DNA of 47,805 nucleotides from Asterionella formosa (Eukaryota): contig NKIB01014093.1 in the NCBI GenBank assembly GCA_002256025.1, forward strand, positions 1 through 47,805, read 5' to 3'. Below, one piece after another: positions 1 through 12,057 of the stretch. The notes beneath the pieces are model-generated. The model saw nothing but the letters and a program-made list of their open reading frames with translations, made no database searches and was not told the origin of the DNA. Made by a program: the position numbers and the translations under genes. Every line of letters starts with the position of its first letter. Within the stretch, counting starts at the first letter, position 1.

Positions 1-50
1 AATAGATGGATGTAGCAGTGAATATAAATATTCTTCCGAATACCGTGACG

Positions 51-512
51 ATGATGCTCGTTTGCCTCCTCCCCCTTCTTCTTTCTACTGTCGTTTCGGC
101 CCAAGCGGTTACAGGAAAGATTGTGTCTTGCAGTGGATGAGCCTTAAACCGTCTCCCAGAGCTGAAAAGCTTCTTGAAAGACGGTGAAGCTGAGTGGTAC
201 CAAGGCGTGGAAGTGCAGTACGTGAGCGGAAAGTCTGCCGTTTTAAGTATTTTTCATGACGGGGAGTTTCAACAGGACATCAAACTAACACCACTGACAA
301 GCAAGGAATTGATGCATTCTCTCATGGAGGGCTATGGTTTTGTCAAGAAAAGTGACGAAGAAATTGCAAAAATGAAGGAGGCCAAGAGCATAAAGGACGA
401 GGCAGAACGGGTCGAAATGGAGGCTCATCGCGAACGTCACCTATTGCATAGAAAGGAAATGGAAGAAAGGCGTGAAGCCCAGCGACGATCAGCCGCTGCT
501 GCTGAATTGTAA
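51..512 (+). CDS. SELENOM: Selenoprotein M (SelM/Sep15 family), 153 aa, selenocysteine encoded by TGA 138-140
   Basis: ATG51 reads MMLVCLLPLLLSTVVSAQA (signal peptide) VTGKIVSCSG-[TGA]-ALNRLPELKSFL, in frame with ORF 174..512. This matches the SelM CxxU motif (CGGU.LNRL.E.K.F). C-terminus AAEL is ER-retention-like. Confidence 0.92.
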
Positions 513-544
513 AAGGGTAGGAAGAAGATATGTTGGTGAAAAGT

Positions 545-639
545 ACCTCTTATTGAGCTTGCATGACGTTTCTATGCACCTCCTGTGGCTTTCAATTTAT
601 GAGCCAGGAGGACAGAGCCCGATAAAGTTCCAAAGAGGT
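545..639 (+). promoter_or_regulatory. SECIS-like element in SelM 3' UTR
   Basis: Lower helix acctctt/aagaggt and gagctt/aagttc; core ATGA (563-566) opposite GA (621-622); upper stems gtttct/agagcc (one mismatch), cctcc/ggagg and tggct/agcca. Confidence 0.75.
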
Positions 640-1437
640 TCAGCCATCAACTATTTATCTGATACCCAACATCGAATTATGGTAGTGCTTCAAATACAGA
701 AGACTTAATTTACAAATAATTATTAGATGACAATTTGGTGCAAGATATAATTCTAAATTTGACACCAAAATATATTTTGCATTCATACCAGATCAATTAG
801 ATCTGCTTTTAGTATAGATGAATAAAATTGTGAATATAGCAGATCAATGGCTAACTGGAAAGGAACATCATACCCTCCAACATATGCTTGTTCACCTCAA
901 TGGGCAATAATAGCACACTAGCAGCATAATGGAAATCATTGCAGTACCACCTAAACTCTTACAGTCATCATTTCATTACCTTATATAGTACGACAAAAAA
1001 TCACAATTAGTCTAAATTTACTGTGACCATTCAAGCAGAAGTATGCCTAGATGATTGAAGCTTGCCATTAAATTGTGCTAGGTATGGATAATTAGTACTT
1101 AGAATATGTCGATCTCCTGATCTGAAGCTTTCCAACTGACCATTTTGCAAACCAACATAAGAATGAGACTCTGTACGTACTTCTCCTAGATATCTGAGAG
1201 CATTGTAATCAAATTTTGACAAATTTGATGGAACCATGAACAAGCTGCCACAATGATTTAAAACCCAAATTCCCTATAGTGGGGAGTTGACCACCAAACA
1301 GAACTCCACGAAAACATGTAACAGCACCACACCTGCAACCTTTTTGGCCTTCCCTACTTTAGTGGGCCTTTTATCCTGTATACATTGGCTGCTCCTTGAA
1401 ACCTTCCTTGCCAGACGAGAGCACTTCTCATTACATG

Positions 1438-1907
1438 NNNNNNNNNNNNNNNNNNNNNNNNNNNNNNNNNNNNNNNNNNNNNNNNNNNNNNNNNNNNNNN
1501 NNNNNNNNNNNNNNNNNNNNNNNNNNNNNNNNNNNNNNNNNNNNNNNNNNNNNNNNNNNNNNNNNNNNNNNNNNNNNNNNNNNNNNNNNNNNNNNNNNNN
1601 NNNNNNNNNNNNNNNNNNNNNNNNNNNNNNNNNNNNNNNNNNNNNNNNNNNNNNNNNNNNNNNNNNNNNNNNNNNNNNNNNNNNNNNNNNNNNNNNNNNN
1701 NNNNNNNNNNNNNNNNNNNNNNNNNNNNNNNNNNNNNNNNNNNNNNNNNNNNNNNNNNNNNNNNNNNNNNNNNNNNNNNNNNNNNNNNNNNNNNNNNNNN
1801 NNNNNNNNNNNNNNNNNNNNNNNNNNNNNNNNNNNNNNNNNNNNNNNNNNNNNNNNNNNNNNNNNNNNNNNNNNNNNNNNNNNNNNNNNNNNNNNNNNNN
1901 NNNNNNN
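1438..1907. other. Assembly gap (N run)
   Basis: Run of n bases. Confidence 1.
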
Positions 1908-2181
1908 CTTAATCACAGCAAACGATCCTTTCTTTCCATCAGCCTTTGCTTAGGAGACTAGATTACTCTTTTACTTATTTTGAATCATTTCGTGGGTGTT
2001 CGGACAACGATTCTCAATTGTTTTTTGTCGCAACTGAATTTTTCCTCGGTACTCGGAGTAGTTTCGAAGAAAATCATTTGATTGACCCATCACAAGATTC
2101 TCTCATTCCTACTTGTTCTACTGTTCCCGTCTTCCTCTTGTGCGTGACTGAGGTTATCCTCCAGAAAAATTGTTAGACGCC

Positions 2182-2952
2182 ATGTCTTTTAGTCACTCCA
2201 ACGCGCCTACTGCAAAGACTGCTGTCGACCAAAGGCCAACTGTAGGAGATAAATGGATCCCACCTGCGCCCATGCCAGCCAGACCACCTCCTCTGCCTCC
2301 TTCCGCAGCCAGCAACTACCAATCGACTAAACCTACCATAATAAACTATCAAACATCCAACACGCCGCTGTCGCATTCTAGTTTCAGAGGAGATGTTTCA
2401 ATCCAACCAAATACAGGACACACCAATAGCGCAGATGGTGACTCATTTGTGGAATCGGTGTGGAAAATGAGAGTCGCCAATATGATTGCATGTGCACTGG
2501 CGCTTTTGTTGGAAATACCCAATTTTCTGGGACATGTTTTTGCGTTACAGCCAGCCAAAGCCGTGTTGGGCGTGTACTTGTCATTCTTTGCTGGGTTACT
2601 CTGCTGTTTTGAATTTCATAATCCGTGGGTGGACAAAATCATTGACGAGCAATGTGGAATTCTTCGTCACCCCATTGGTCGTTCTTTCATTCTTTTGCTC
2701 ATGAGTGGCTTAGCTATGGGACAAGCTACTATTGTGGATTTTATTTTGGGGTTGGTCTTTTTGGCAAATGCCATTTTTACCGTTGTAGCGTTTATACGCT
2801 ATCCGGAGTACCGCCGACAAACAGAAGAGCAGCCAGATTTATTCCAAGCGGCCAAGACAAGGGCTCGTCAATATGCTTGGGCGAATCCAGAAAAAGTGAC
2901 AAACTTATTTGGAGGAGGAGAAGGAGAAGGCTTAATGCGAACTGTTGTGTAA
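2182..2952 (+). CDS. COPI-associated / Tvp15-like Golgi membrane protein
   Basis: Pro-rich N-terminus then about 4 hydrophobic helices with GVYLSFFAGLLCCFE and HPIGRSFILLLMSGLA motifs typical of COPI_assoc proteins. First ATG at 2182. Confidence 0.7.
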   Translation: MSFSHSNAPTAKTAVDQRPTVGDKWIPPAPMPARPPPLPPSAASNYQSTKPTIINYQTSNTPLSHSSFRGDVSIQPNTGHTNSADGDSFVESVWKMRVANMIACALALLLEIPNFLGHVFALQPAKAVLGVYLSFFAGLLCCFEFHNPWVDKIIDEQCGILRHPIGRSFILLLMSGLAMGQATIVDFILGLVFLANAIFTVVAFIRYPEYRRQTEEQPDLFQAAKTRARQYAWANPEKVTNLFGGGEGEGLMRTVV

Positions 2953-3975
2953 TCGGGCTCGCCCTTTTTCACTTTGCAATAGGTGAGAGGCGAGGTATTA
3001 GTACGGCCCTATAATATGTCCAATGGTGCTGATTTATAACCAGCAGCATCTAAGATTTAACAGAAGGGGAGTGTCACTCTTGTGCGGAGAAGGCAGTGTA
3101 GGTGGCTATCGGATCAATTGTTAGCCAACACAAATGTTGACTACGAAGGCGAGAGGCTACTAAATTTGAAATTGACGCTGATACTACCTGTATCTTGTTG
3201 TAGATGTAAAGTAGACAAGTAGTAGTAGTAGTAGCTATGAACACAACCGGTAGTCTAGATACTTCGAACTGTGTGCATGTGCATGTAAAACAGTGTGTAG
3301 ATGCTAGACCCATACCGAAAGTTGCTTCATCATACTAATGCATGTTGTAATGATTTGTTGTTTTGTCAACCTTGCTGACTTGGTGTGGAATGTGGAAAGG
3401 CCGTTGTGGTTTATCAAGAAAATTAGCTCGTATGCCTTTCATACATTTGCGTACCGGTACCTGGTAGTGCAAACCAACCGTCTTCAACCCCACGTCTGTC
3501 TTCCCCAGCTCACGTGAAAACCAAAAAAGCACGACATAACTAACGATATAGCATACCAGGGCACCCGGCACACGAACCGCTTATAAAAGACGGGTAGATT
3601 GTTTCATTTTGTTTTATGATTGATGACTCGAGGCAGTGGCAAGTCTAGTTCTCGGAAGCGTCGAAACAATCACGCTACAACATGACACCAGCCCAACTCG
3701 TGAAAACGACGAGACTGTCTGGCAGCTAATCTGAATTATGGATGGACAACAAACCATTAGTCGATGAGCCATCGATCATAGCACAATACAGCAACACACT
3801 CTTTTTATCAAAGAAAAATTCTACCATCAGCAACACTCGATAATTCGCACAAACTCAGGATGTTCACTCAAACGAACCCACAGTGGTGATGGCAATATAT
3901 GCAAGTTATCGCTTTGCCGGAATGGAATTTTGGGGACTAGACAACGTCATAAACTCGTCGACATCAAGGCATAGA

Positions 3976-4105
3976 NNNNNNNNNNNNNNNNNNNNNNNNN
4001 NNNNNNNNNNNNNNNNNNNNNNNNNNNNNNNNNNNNNNNNNNNNNNNNNNNNNNNNNNNNNNNNNNNNNNNNNNNNNNNNNNNNNNNNNNNNNNNNNNNN
4101 NNNNN
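3976..4105. other. Assembly gap (130 N) flanked by identical 11-mers caaggcataga
   Basis: 3965-3975 is identical to 4106-4116. Confidence 0.95.
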
Positions 4106-4235
4106 CAAGGCATAGAATTTTTCTGAAGGGTGCATAAACTCAGTTACAACTGACTGTGTTTTAAGGTTGTTACCGGTACATGGTTAAAGAAATCCTCCGA
4201 TTTGAATCTACAATGCTGGAACATTGGATCCCCCT

Positions 4236-6000
4236 TCAACCACGACTATAGCAGACACTTGATTGGCCGACGGTGGAATCATAAATACTTATGTCGATCT
4301 TGTCAATAAGACCAGACGCGTATTGTCTACACACCTTGATAACGTACTTTTTGCCGCTGAATTGATAGGTAAACTTGGAGTTGGAAGAATCAAGTTGTGC
4401 TTGGAGGAATGTGCCCTTGCTGTGTTTCTTGACAATAACAAGCTTGTTAGCACCCGTTTCGGTTTGAAGGTTGAACGATTTGGCTATGTTGTACTGCATG
4501 TAAAGGTTATGCAACTTGACAATAGCATACCCGCCACCATTCTCAGCGAATGCAGTGATAGTACCTTTCCAAGCCCCGGTTGTCGAAGGATTTATGGCAA
4601 TTCTTCGGCCAGTGTACCACCCAAGGGACCAATCTGTTGACATGTATAGATCTAGTTGGTCAACAAGGGGTGCGATTGACTGTAGAGTTCAGAGTAATTC
4701 ACAACCTTTACTTACGATTCTCAGCATTGAAGCATTTCTCTGGGAAATGTTGGGTAAATGTTCCAACGCCCATGTATCCAGAATTATCTCCGTCTGAATG
4801 ATTCAGCGTGCACATGAAGGATGAATGTGATGAGGTATATGCATCCATTGTGGTCAAAGACTTTGCACAATCTTCCTTTAAAAACTTACATTCCTCAGAA
4901 TATGTACTGCTATGAAGGAGCCCGAAGTTATGACCAAGTTCATGCGCAGTCAACGAAACCCGCTCACAAAGCTGGTCTGCATACCAAGAGATAGCACCAC
5001 CAACATACGCCGCACTGACAAAGCCATTAAAAGTTGCCTTTGGAAAACAGATCATAAGGTGGTCAATATCCCCTACTCTTCCTGTTCCAAATCTACCATA
5101 TTTGGCTTCAAGCAGGAAAGCGTTGGTTTGATGGTTGGAAATCACAGTCTTTGTCTACCACGAAATTTATGCAAACAGTTGTTCTTACCTTCTGCTATGG
5201 CGACGATTTTGTCTCGGGCTGTGTTAAGTGCATATGCATCTTTGNNNNNNNNNNNNNNNNNNNNNNNNNNNNNNNNNNNNNNNNNNNNNNNNNNNNNNNN
5301 NNNNNNNNNNNNNNNNNNNNNNNNNNNNNNNNNNNNNNNNNNNNNNNNNNNNNNNNNNNNNNNNNNNNNNNNNNNNNNNNNNNNNNNNNNNNNNNNNNNN
5401 NNNNNNNNNNNNNNNNNNNNNNNNNNNNNNNNNNNNNNNNNNNNNNNNNNNNNNNNNNNNNNNNNNNNNNNNNNNNNNNNNNNNNNNNNNNNNNNNNNNN
5501 NNNNNNNNNNNNNNNNNNNNNNNNNNNNNNNNNNNNNNNNNNNNNNNNNNNNNNNNNNNNNNNNNNNNNNNNNNNNNNNNNNNNNNNNNNNNNNNNNNNN
5601 NNNNNNNNNNNNNNNNNNNNNNNNNNNNNNNNNNNNNNNNNNNNNNNNNNNNNNNNNNNNNNNNNNNNNNNNNNNNNNNNNNNNNNNNNNNNNNNNNNNN
5701 NNNNNNNNNNNNNNNNNNNNNNNNNNNNNNNNNNNNNNNNNNNNNNNNNNNNNNNNNNNNNNNNNNNNNNNNNNNNNNNNNNNNNNNNNNNNNNNNNNNN
5801 NNNNNNNNNNNNNNNNNNNNNNNNNNNNNNNNNNNNNNNNNNNNNNNNNNNNNNNNNNNNNNNNNNNNNNNNNNNNNNNNNNNNNNNNNNNNNNNNNNNN
5901 NNNNNNNNNNAATGCCATCAACGCTCTCCAATCCTCGAATCCCACCGGCTGATACTGCCGCCAATAGGTATAATACAACAGCAATACTTAATTGACGCAT
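4236..6000 (-). CDS. Secreted zinc metalloprotease, peptidase M11 (gametolysin-like); multi-exon, interrupted by gap 5245-5910
   Basis: Signal peptide MRQLSIAVVLYLLAAVSA at 6000. GT-AG introns 5106-5188, 4794-4889 and 4634-4715 give HELGHNFGLLHS (metzincin HExxHxxGxxH), EEYGDNSGYMG (Met-turn) and CFNAENHWSLGWY, hallmarks of M11. Confidence 0.85.
5245..5910. other. Assembly gap (N run) inside the M11 gene
   Basis: Run of n bases. Confidence 1.
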
Positions 6001-7368
6001 ACTTATGATTTCCTTTTACTTCGATTGTATCCTTGGAATCTAGTGTCATTTTTGTGATCTCATTACCGATATAAGTGTGTGCAGCAAAAGTGATAATGAG
6101 GTAAGTCAACTCCGACTGTAACCGTGTATATATTTGTCGACTCCTAGTATTGATATTTTTCAAGGACTTGATTGTGGTCGCATTGGTGTCTTGTGTCTTT
6201 ATCTTTCATAGTTATTTATTTAGCAAGGAGCAGAATTCTTCATAGAATCTTATAGTGAACGAAGACAAAAGAAACAAATCCTCATCGCGGGTCTACAATT
6301 GTCGTCCTTTAACAACTATAAAAGTTTGATTTGAAGACACTAATACATAAACTGCATTTAGCTATGTAAATGTTGCAGCAATTCAGGCAAGCATGCTAGA
6401 CACCACGAGGAAGATGATACAATTTCCTATTTTATCGTCATTCTATTTATTTATACCAGTAAAACAAGTGAAGTCGGAACAAAAGAAAGTACCTGTAGGG
6501 TCTAACATGTCATGGAGTGTTTCTTACTTATTAGATACCGATAGTGTTCTGTGGGTACCAGGTACCAGGTACTTCTTGTACCAATATACCGTACCTGGTA
6601 GTCAATATGTGAATATACCGTCATACACATCCAATAGCTAGTGCTCACAAAACAGTAAAGCAAAATCTGAAACGGTTTATTTCCCATCATCATACTTCTG
6701 CTTTTAAATCTGTTTATTCAGTTGATCGCCCTGCTCCTTCAAAAGTAAAAAGCAGAAAACAAAGTGGAGTTGGCATTTTTGACACTGACCTCTTAGTCGA
6801 CATACGTTTGTGTGATGAAATAGCAATCCAGGGTTGATATTACAAATACTTAATCCTGATGCTTGCAGACATTGTAGCCAATTAATCTGGATTTCAGCTG
6901 TCGATCGATCTCCTGGTGCTTATTGTCCTCTTAAAGTCCACAAACTCGTCAAACTGCAGCAAAATATAGTACCTGTGGAAATTTTCAATGGGAAGCCAAT
7001 GCAGGATGGCACATACAATCTGCAACAGACTGCAGTCATAGCAATTCAGCAATTCACGAGTGTTTTACTTCTCGCTTGCATCTGCCAGTCATTTAGTAGA
7101 CTCATACAAATAGACGGTACGTCTGTACGTAGACTGCAACGATTAAAAGTATACGTAGAACCAACACAACGATACGTCCTACATAGCAGTCACAGCCTAC
7201 CGGTAGTTCTTGTATTATATTGTACTCCCCCCAAATATAATACAGAACAAACAGTCGAAGATTATGAGATGACTTCAGGCACTGTTAACGACCGGTACGC
7301 AGTACCTTTGCTTTCCCTCGCATTTTGAAGTAGAATCTGATTCTCTATTGCTCTGCTTGCTTCACTGC

Positions 7369-9118
7369 ATGCCTCCTACAATGCGCAAAGCACCTCAATC
7401 TGCATCTCATGCAGCCTTTGCTTCTCCCTCACCTGAGGAAGACCCTCGAAGTTTGGATGAGTTTCTGGAACAAGCCTACCGCGGAGCAGAAGGAGGATTT
7501 CCGTGGTCCTACTGGATCACTATGTTTAGTCTCGGTGTGGCTAATAGCAGTGATGCCAGCGAAATTCTTTGCCTCAGTTACATTTTGAGCGATAGTGCCT
7601 TCCAAGAGGAGATATTGCGCGATGAGGCCTGGCGAGCCGGTGTTTTGGCAGCCGCTGTGTTTCTAGGGATGCTCCTCGGCGGTTTGTTCATCGGGACTAT
7701 TGGTGATTGGGTCGGGAGGCACCCGACATTAATGGTGGGATTAATATGCAATTCCGTAGCTGGTGTCCTATCAGCAGCGGCCCAGAATTCTATCCAATTG
7801 TCGTTCGTCAGGTGCATAGCAGGGGTTGGAATTGGAGCGACGGTCCCACCCTTGTTTACGCTCGTGACAGAGCTGGCACCACCATCGCGACGAGGGTTCT
7901 TTGTCACTTTTTGCGCCAGTTTTTGGATGGTAGGGTCTATATTTGTGGCATTAGCTGCCTTGGTATTTTTGGATTACTTTAAACTATCCTGGAGGATCTT
8001 TGCCATTGTCTGTGCGATTCCATCCGCCGTGGGGGCCATTATGGTTTCGTCGCTTGTTCATGAATCACCTAGATTTCTGGCCTTGCAAGGGAAGCAAGAA
8101 GAAGCATTGATGGTTGCGAATAGACTCGCACGGCAAATGAGATACCACGGAACCTTGTTGTCCATGTTGGATATTCTGCATTTCTACCCTAGATCTAGTC
8201 ACGGCAATCAACGGCCGGTTCAAACGGCAACTGGTTGTGCATGGGTATTTGGGATCCTTCGACTGGCGATGCTTGATTTTTTGAATTCCACCTCTAAGCT
8301 TTACCAGCCTCAACTACGTCCTATTACGTGGCCACTGCAGACGGTTTGGTTCAGTCTTTCGTTTGGTTCCTATGGTACGTCAATAGATCTGGCTAGTGTT
8401 TGTGTAATCTCCATATATCTAAGGAATCTAATCCAATCTCCCTCATCAAGGCATTTTGACTTGGATCAATTCGTTGTTTGTTGCTGTTCATCTGGAAAAT
8501 GTTTACTTCAATGCTTTGCTTTTTGCTTTTTCCAATCTCCCGGGAAATCTCTTGAGTGCTTTCTTCATGGATAGGACGGGCCGCAAGAGCATGCTAGTTG
8601 TCTCTTCACTTGCCGCGGCATTGTCACTCGTCAGTTTTGCGTATTTTGCATCGGAGAGTAATAACACCCTCAACGCGAGTGGGATTGTCGCAAGCGCTTG
8701 CATGTTCCAAGCGTTTACCATTGCTGCCTGGAACACCATTGATTGCATGACATCAGAGCTCTTTCCGACGGCTGTTCGTTCTACTGGCATGGGTGTCTGT
8801 GCTGCCAGTGGGAGAGTGGGTGCCATGGTGGCGCAGTTTGTCAATGGAGCTTTGGTGGGGAATCCAGTTCGGCTCTTGTTGGTGGCGTCAATGTCATTGG
8901 TGATTGGGGCCATTACTCCGTGCTTGCTACCACCAGGAGACATGTCAATGCGACCATTGGAAGATACGTTGCAACGTGATGCGAATGTGGAGGGCGAAGA
9001 AATGGACTTGGCGCATGGAGAAGGGGAGAAAGATGCCCATACTTCTTTCGACTGTATCCAATCAAGTGACTTTTCCTACCATTCAACTGCAACTATTGAA
9101 AGCGACAGAATGACATAG
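7369..9118 (+). CDS. MFS transporter, SV2/SVOP-like (about 557 aa; intron 8375-8450)
   Basis: MFS motif A GTIGDWVGRH, VRCIAGVGIG, ELAPPSRRG, ESPRFL, ELFPTAVRSTGMG. The GT-AG intron joins ORFs 7348..8574 and 8456..9118 as SYG-ILTW. Confidence 0.88.
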
Positions 9119-9696
9119 GTGATTCGAATTGACCAAGTAACTCAACCAAAACGAAGAGGAAAATCATATTTTTCCTATGTTCAATGCTCCTAGTTTCTGC
9201 ATGCAAAGATAGTGCACGACGATTCGGTTACAACAATTAGAGAGTATGCGACCCCGCCATTTCCCAAAGAAAAGAATCGATTGCTCCTGAATACAAAGTT
9301 GGAATCCAGAGGTTGAGGAAATGGATCCTTCTTTAATATTTCATTCTCAGATTTATAGCATTCAACGCGAGATACTATAGTCGATTCGAAATGTTCTCTG
9401 GATTCGGACAAGGCTTTATATAGAATTTTTAAAGATTAGGATCGCATGAGGTGTGTCCCACATCAATTGAATGTAGTTGTTGGTACGATGAAGACAATCA
9501 CTCCATAAAGAAGGACAAAGTGAAAGAATGTGGCTAAACTTCAGTTCACTGCTTTTGTCATAAGTTCCTGCAAGAACAACATACATAGCGGGGGTATCCC
9601 CGATTCAATAGAATCTTGGTTGGACGCGTTGAATAAACCAGTGAGTGAAAAGTTTTGGTGTAAAATTGCTAGATTTTGAAAAGAGTCCTATTTCTA

Positions 9697-10659
9697 CTAC
9701 AATTCATCGTCACTATCGTCATCCATAATGTCTCTCTCTGGATAATCCCCCACATGACAATTCTTGCCTCTCACAAAACCTCCATATCCAGCAAGTGCAT
9801 CAAAGTATCTAGTCCCTTGTGGTGTGCATCCGTTCGTTTTGCCGACAGGTTCATCAAAGATAATACCAACCCACCATCCTGTTAGTTCCGGTACCTCTCC
9901 AACGAATGCCACACGACCTCTCCTTCCCCCAGGTTGTACTTGACATCTCATATTCAATTGTATGCCTTGTACTGACTCTGTACCTGGAGCATCATCGTTT
10001 GCGTTTGTCACTTCATTTTCGACTTTGGATGGTGATTGTTCAATAATTTGCACAACTTCTCCACATTCATCGTATTCAAAGCCTCGGGGCAATTCCAATC
10101 CCAGTTTCCCTTGTCGTCTCGCTTCTACCCAAGCTGCATGTTCCTTGGCATGTTTGGCTAACGTGAAATGAGGATCTTGCAGTTTCTTATTCCGTTCCCA
10201 ATCTCTCAAGGTCCCTTTCCGAGCATCATAATCTGTTTCTGACATGCTGTACTTCTGCACCAGACTCGTATCTTCGTAGAGCCCTCCCTTGCTTCCCGAG
10301 TATGGATCCAAGTCCATACAATGGATGGTCATACCATGTTGTAGTGAGAAGTATCCCAACTGCAATGTATCTGGCATGTCTGGTGCTATCTCTCCAATGA
10401 CATGGCCGTGAGCTTGAATTTGCAAATGTTGAAAGCACGGAGGAGTCCCGGTCTTTCGATGAATGACATGACGCAAATCCCATAGCGTGTCGTGTGCATC
10501 GAAGCGAATTTCAATGTGTTGTTGCACTAGATTGGAATGTGTCAAGTCCAATAACAACGTCGAGGGATGCAAATGATTGTATTGATACGGGTCATTGGCT
10601 GTCACGTAGGAACGCACGGCAAGGAGATCTTCGTTTTTGATTTCAGGATTGGCTGCCAT
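9697..10659 (-). CDS. TBCB: Tubulin-folding cofactor B (ubiquitin-like + CAP-Gly)
   Basis: N-terminal Ubl region, EDTSLVQKYSMSETDYDARKGT, CAP-Gly RRGRVAFVG..WVGIIFDEPVGKTNG..RYF..YGGFVR, GDYPE, C-terminal DEL. Confidence 0.92.
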   Translation of the reverse strand: MAANPEIKNEDLLAVRSYVTANDPYQYNHLHPSTLLLDLTHSNLVQQHIEIRFDAHDTLWDLRHVIHRKTGTPPCFQHLQIQAHGHVIGEIAPDMPDTLQLGYFSLQHGMTIHCMDLDPYSGSKGGLYEDTSLVQKYSMSETDYDARKGTLRDWERNKKLQDPHFTLAKHAKEHAAWVEARRQGKLGLELPRGFEYDECGEVVQIIEQSPSKVENEVTNANDDAPGTESVQGIQLNMRCQVQPGGRRGRVAFVGEVPELTGWWVGIIFDEPVGKTNGCTPQGTRYFDALAGYGGFVRGKNCHVGDYPERDIMDDDSDDEL

Positions 10660-11229
10660 TGTTTCGTTTCTTGAATTCTGTGGGGTTGCTGATTGTTGCT
10701 AAGAATGACATTTGGTGTTTGCGAACAGCAATGCACCAGCACTGATGGGGTTGCCATGATATCATTACATAATATCCATATGTATACTACCGTATGTACC
10801 GGCAAATTGGCTACATATGTAGGATCCAATTTCTTGGGACCATGTATGAATTACACGTATACTCGTTAATATTTATATCTTCATCATAAATAGCAACAAA
10901 TAGGTAACTAATTTTGATGCAAACATACATACCGGTATATACATCATACAGTAGACTACACGGGAGCACATACGTACATTGGATAATACCGGCAACATGA
11001 TTGCTTGTTGATATTCGCATGATCGTCAAGATACAACCTCCCTCCAGCAGCAGTACATAGCACGAGTATATTTCTTTTTTATACCGGTAGTAGACTACCG
11101 GGTAATACCTAGTCTGCCGATCCATTCGCACCTGTTTCCCCTGTGACGGAGTTGTGAAGGTCATCTCCTCGTTCCTATTTCCGAGCGAGCCACAGCAAGA
11201 AGCAATACTACTACTACCGGTGTTATAGA

Positions 11230-12057
11230 ATGAGATTCTTCGTACCTCTTTTCGTGGCTTGCACCACGTCTACCATCAAGGCGGCGTTTACCAGTGCAGG
11301 AAACAAATGGACTCGTTCGCATCAAGTTCATTTTCGCATGATGGCAACAACATCCAACAACCCAATGATGGATATTCCATCCCTACCTGATGTATCACCA
11401 ACTTCGAAACGTCTCTTTCTTGTTCGTCACGGGGAAGTGATTAATCCAGGTGGGGACAAGGCTGTTTATTATGGTGCCATGGATGTTCCGTTGTCAACAT
11501 TGGGCAAAATGGAAGCCAAGGCTGCCGGAATGTTTTTATCGCACTTCACCTTGCAACATATTGCGTCTTCGCCTCTATCAAGAGCTGTGTATGGTGCTCA
11601 ACAAGTCATGGATCAACAACAGCTACAACAGACCGGGGCTGACATTTTGATTTTGGAAGGATTTCGTGAATTGGACCGTGGTGCATGGTGTGGATTAACC
11701 AAGGAAGAAATCACACCTGAATTATTGGATAGATTCGATGCTTGTGATGAAAGTGTTACTCCAGCTGGAGGGGAAAGTTATAATTTTCTCAAGGATCGCG
11801 TCTTGGACGCAAGGGACAAGATATTGGAACAAACGGATCTTGGCCAAGCCAGTGCAATCGTTTCGCATTTACAAGTCACTCGATCCATCCTTAGTGACGC
11901 TTTGATGATTCCTACCAGTCGTATGGCTGCGATCAAGGTTGCCACTGCCAGCATCACGTGTATCGATTATGATGCTTCTACTGGAATACAAACTGTCCAC
12001 TTTCAATCGATCAAACCAAATGTTGGCCTGGTAAGTAGTGTAGACGGAGCGAATTAA
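11230..12057 (+). CDS. Histidine phosphatase (phosphoglycerate mutase-like) superfamily protein, probable plastid presequence
   Basis: LFLVRHGE, SSPLSRA, ELDRGAWCG, GGES, IVSH motifs. N-terminus MRFFVPLFVACTTSTIKAA-FTS resembles signal peptide + Phe. Confidence 0.85.
   Translation: MRFFVPLFVACTTSTIKAAFTSAGNKWTRSHQVHFRMMATTSNNPMMDIPSLPDVSPTSKRLFLVRHGEVINPGGDKAVYYGAMDVPLSTLGKMEAKAAGMFLSHFTLQHIASSPLSRAVYGAQQVMDQQQLQQTGADILILEGFRELDRGAWCGLTKEEITPELLDRFDACDESVTPAGGESYNFLKDRVLDARDKILEQTDLGQASAIVSHLQVTRSILSDALMIPTSRMAAIKVATASITCIDYDASTGIQTVHFQSIKPNVGLVSSVDGAN

Noticed and set aside
3612..3742. Possible C/D-box snoRNA (tTGATGA...CTGA with a weak terminal stem, downstream of tataaaag)
   Set aside because: Box C lacks the leading purine, the stem relies on G:U pairs, and I could not identify an rRNA-complementary guide
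1287..6008. Long X-rich ORFs in the track
   Set aside because: Artefacts of translating through N gaps; only the 6000-start signal exon is used, as part of the M11 gene
6834..7328. 164-aa ORF upstream of the MFS gene
   Set aside because: Non-ATG start, no recognisable motif, intergenic-like composition
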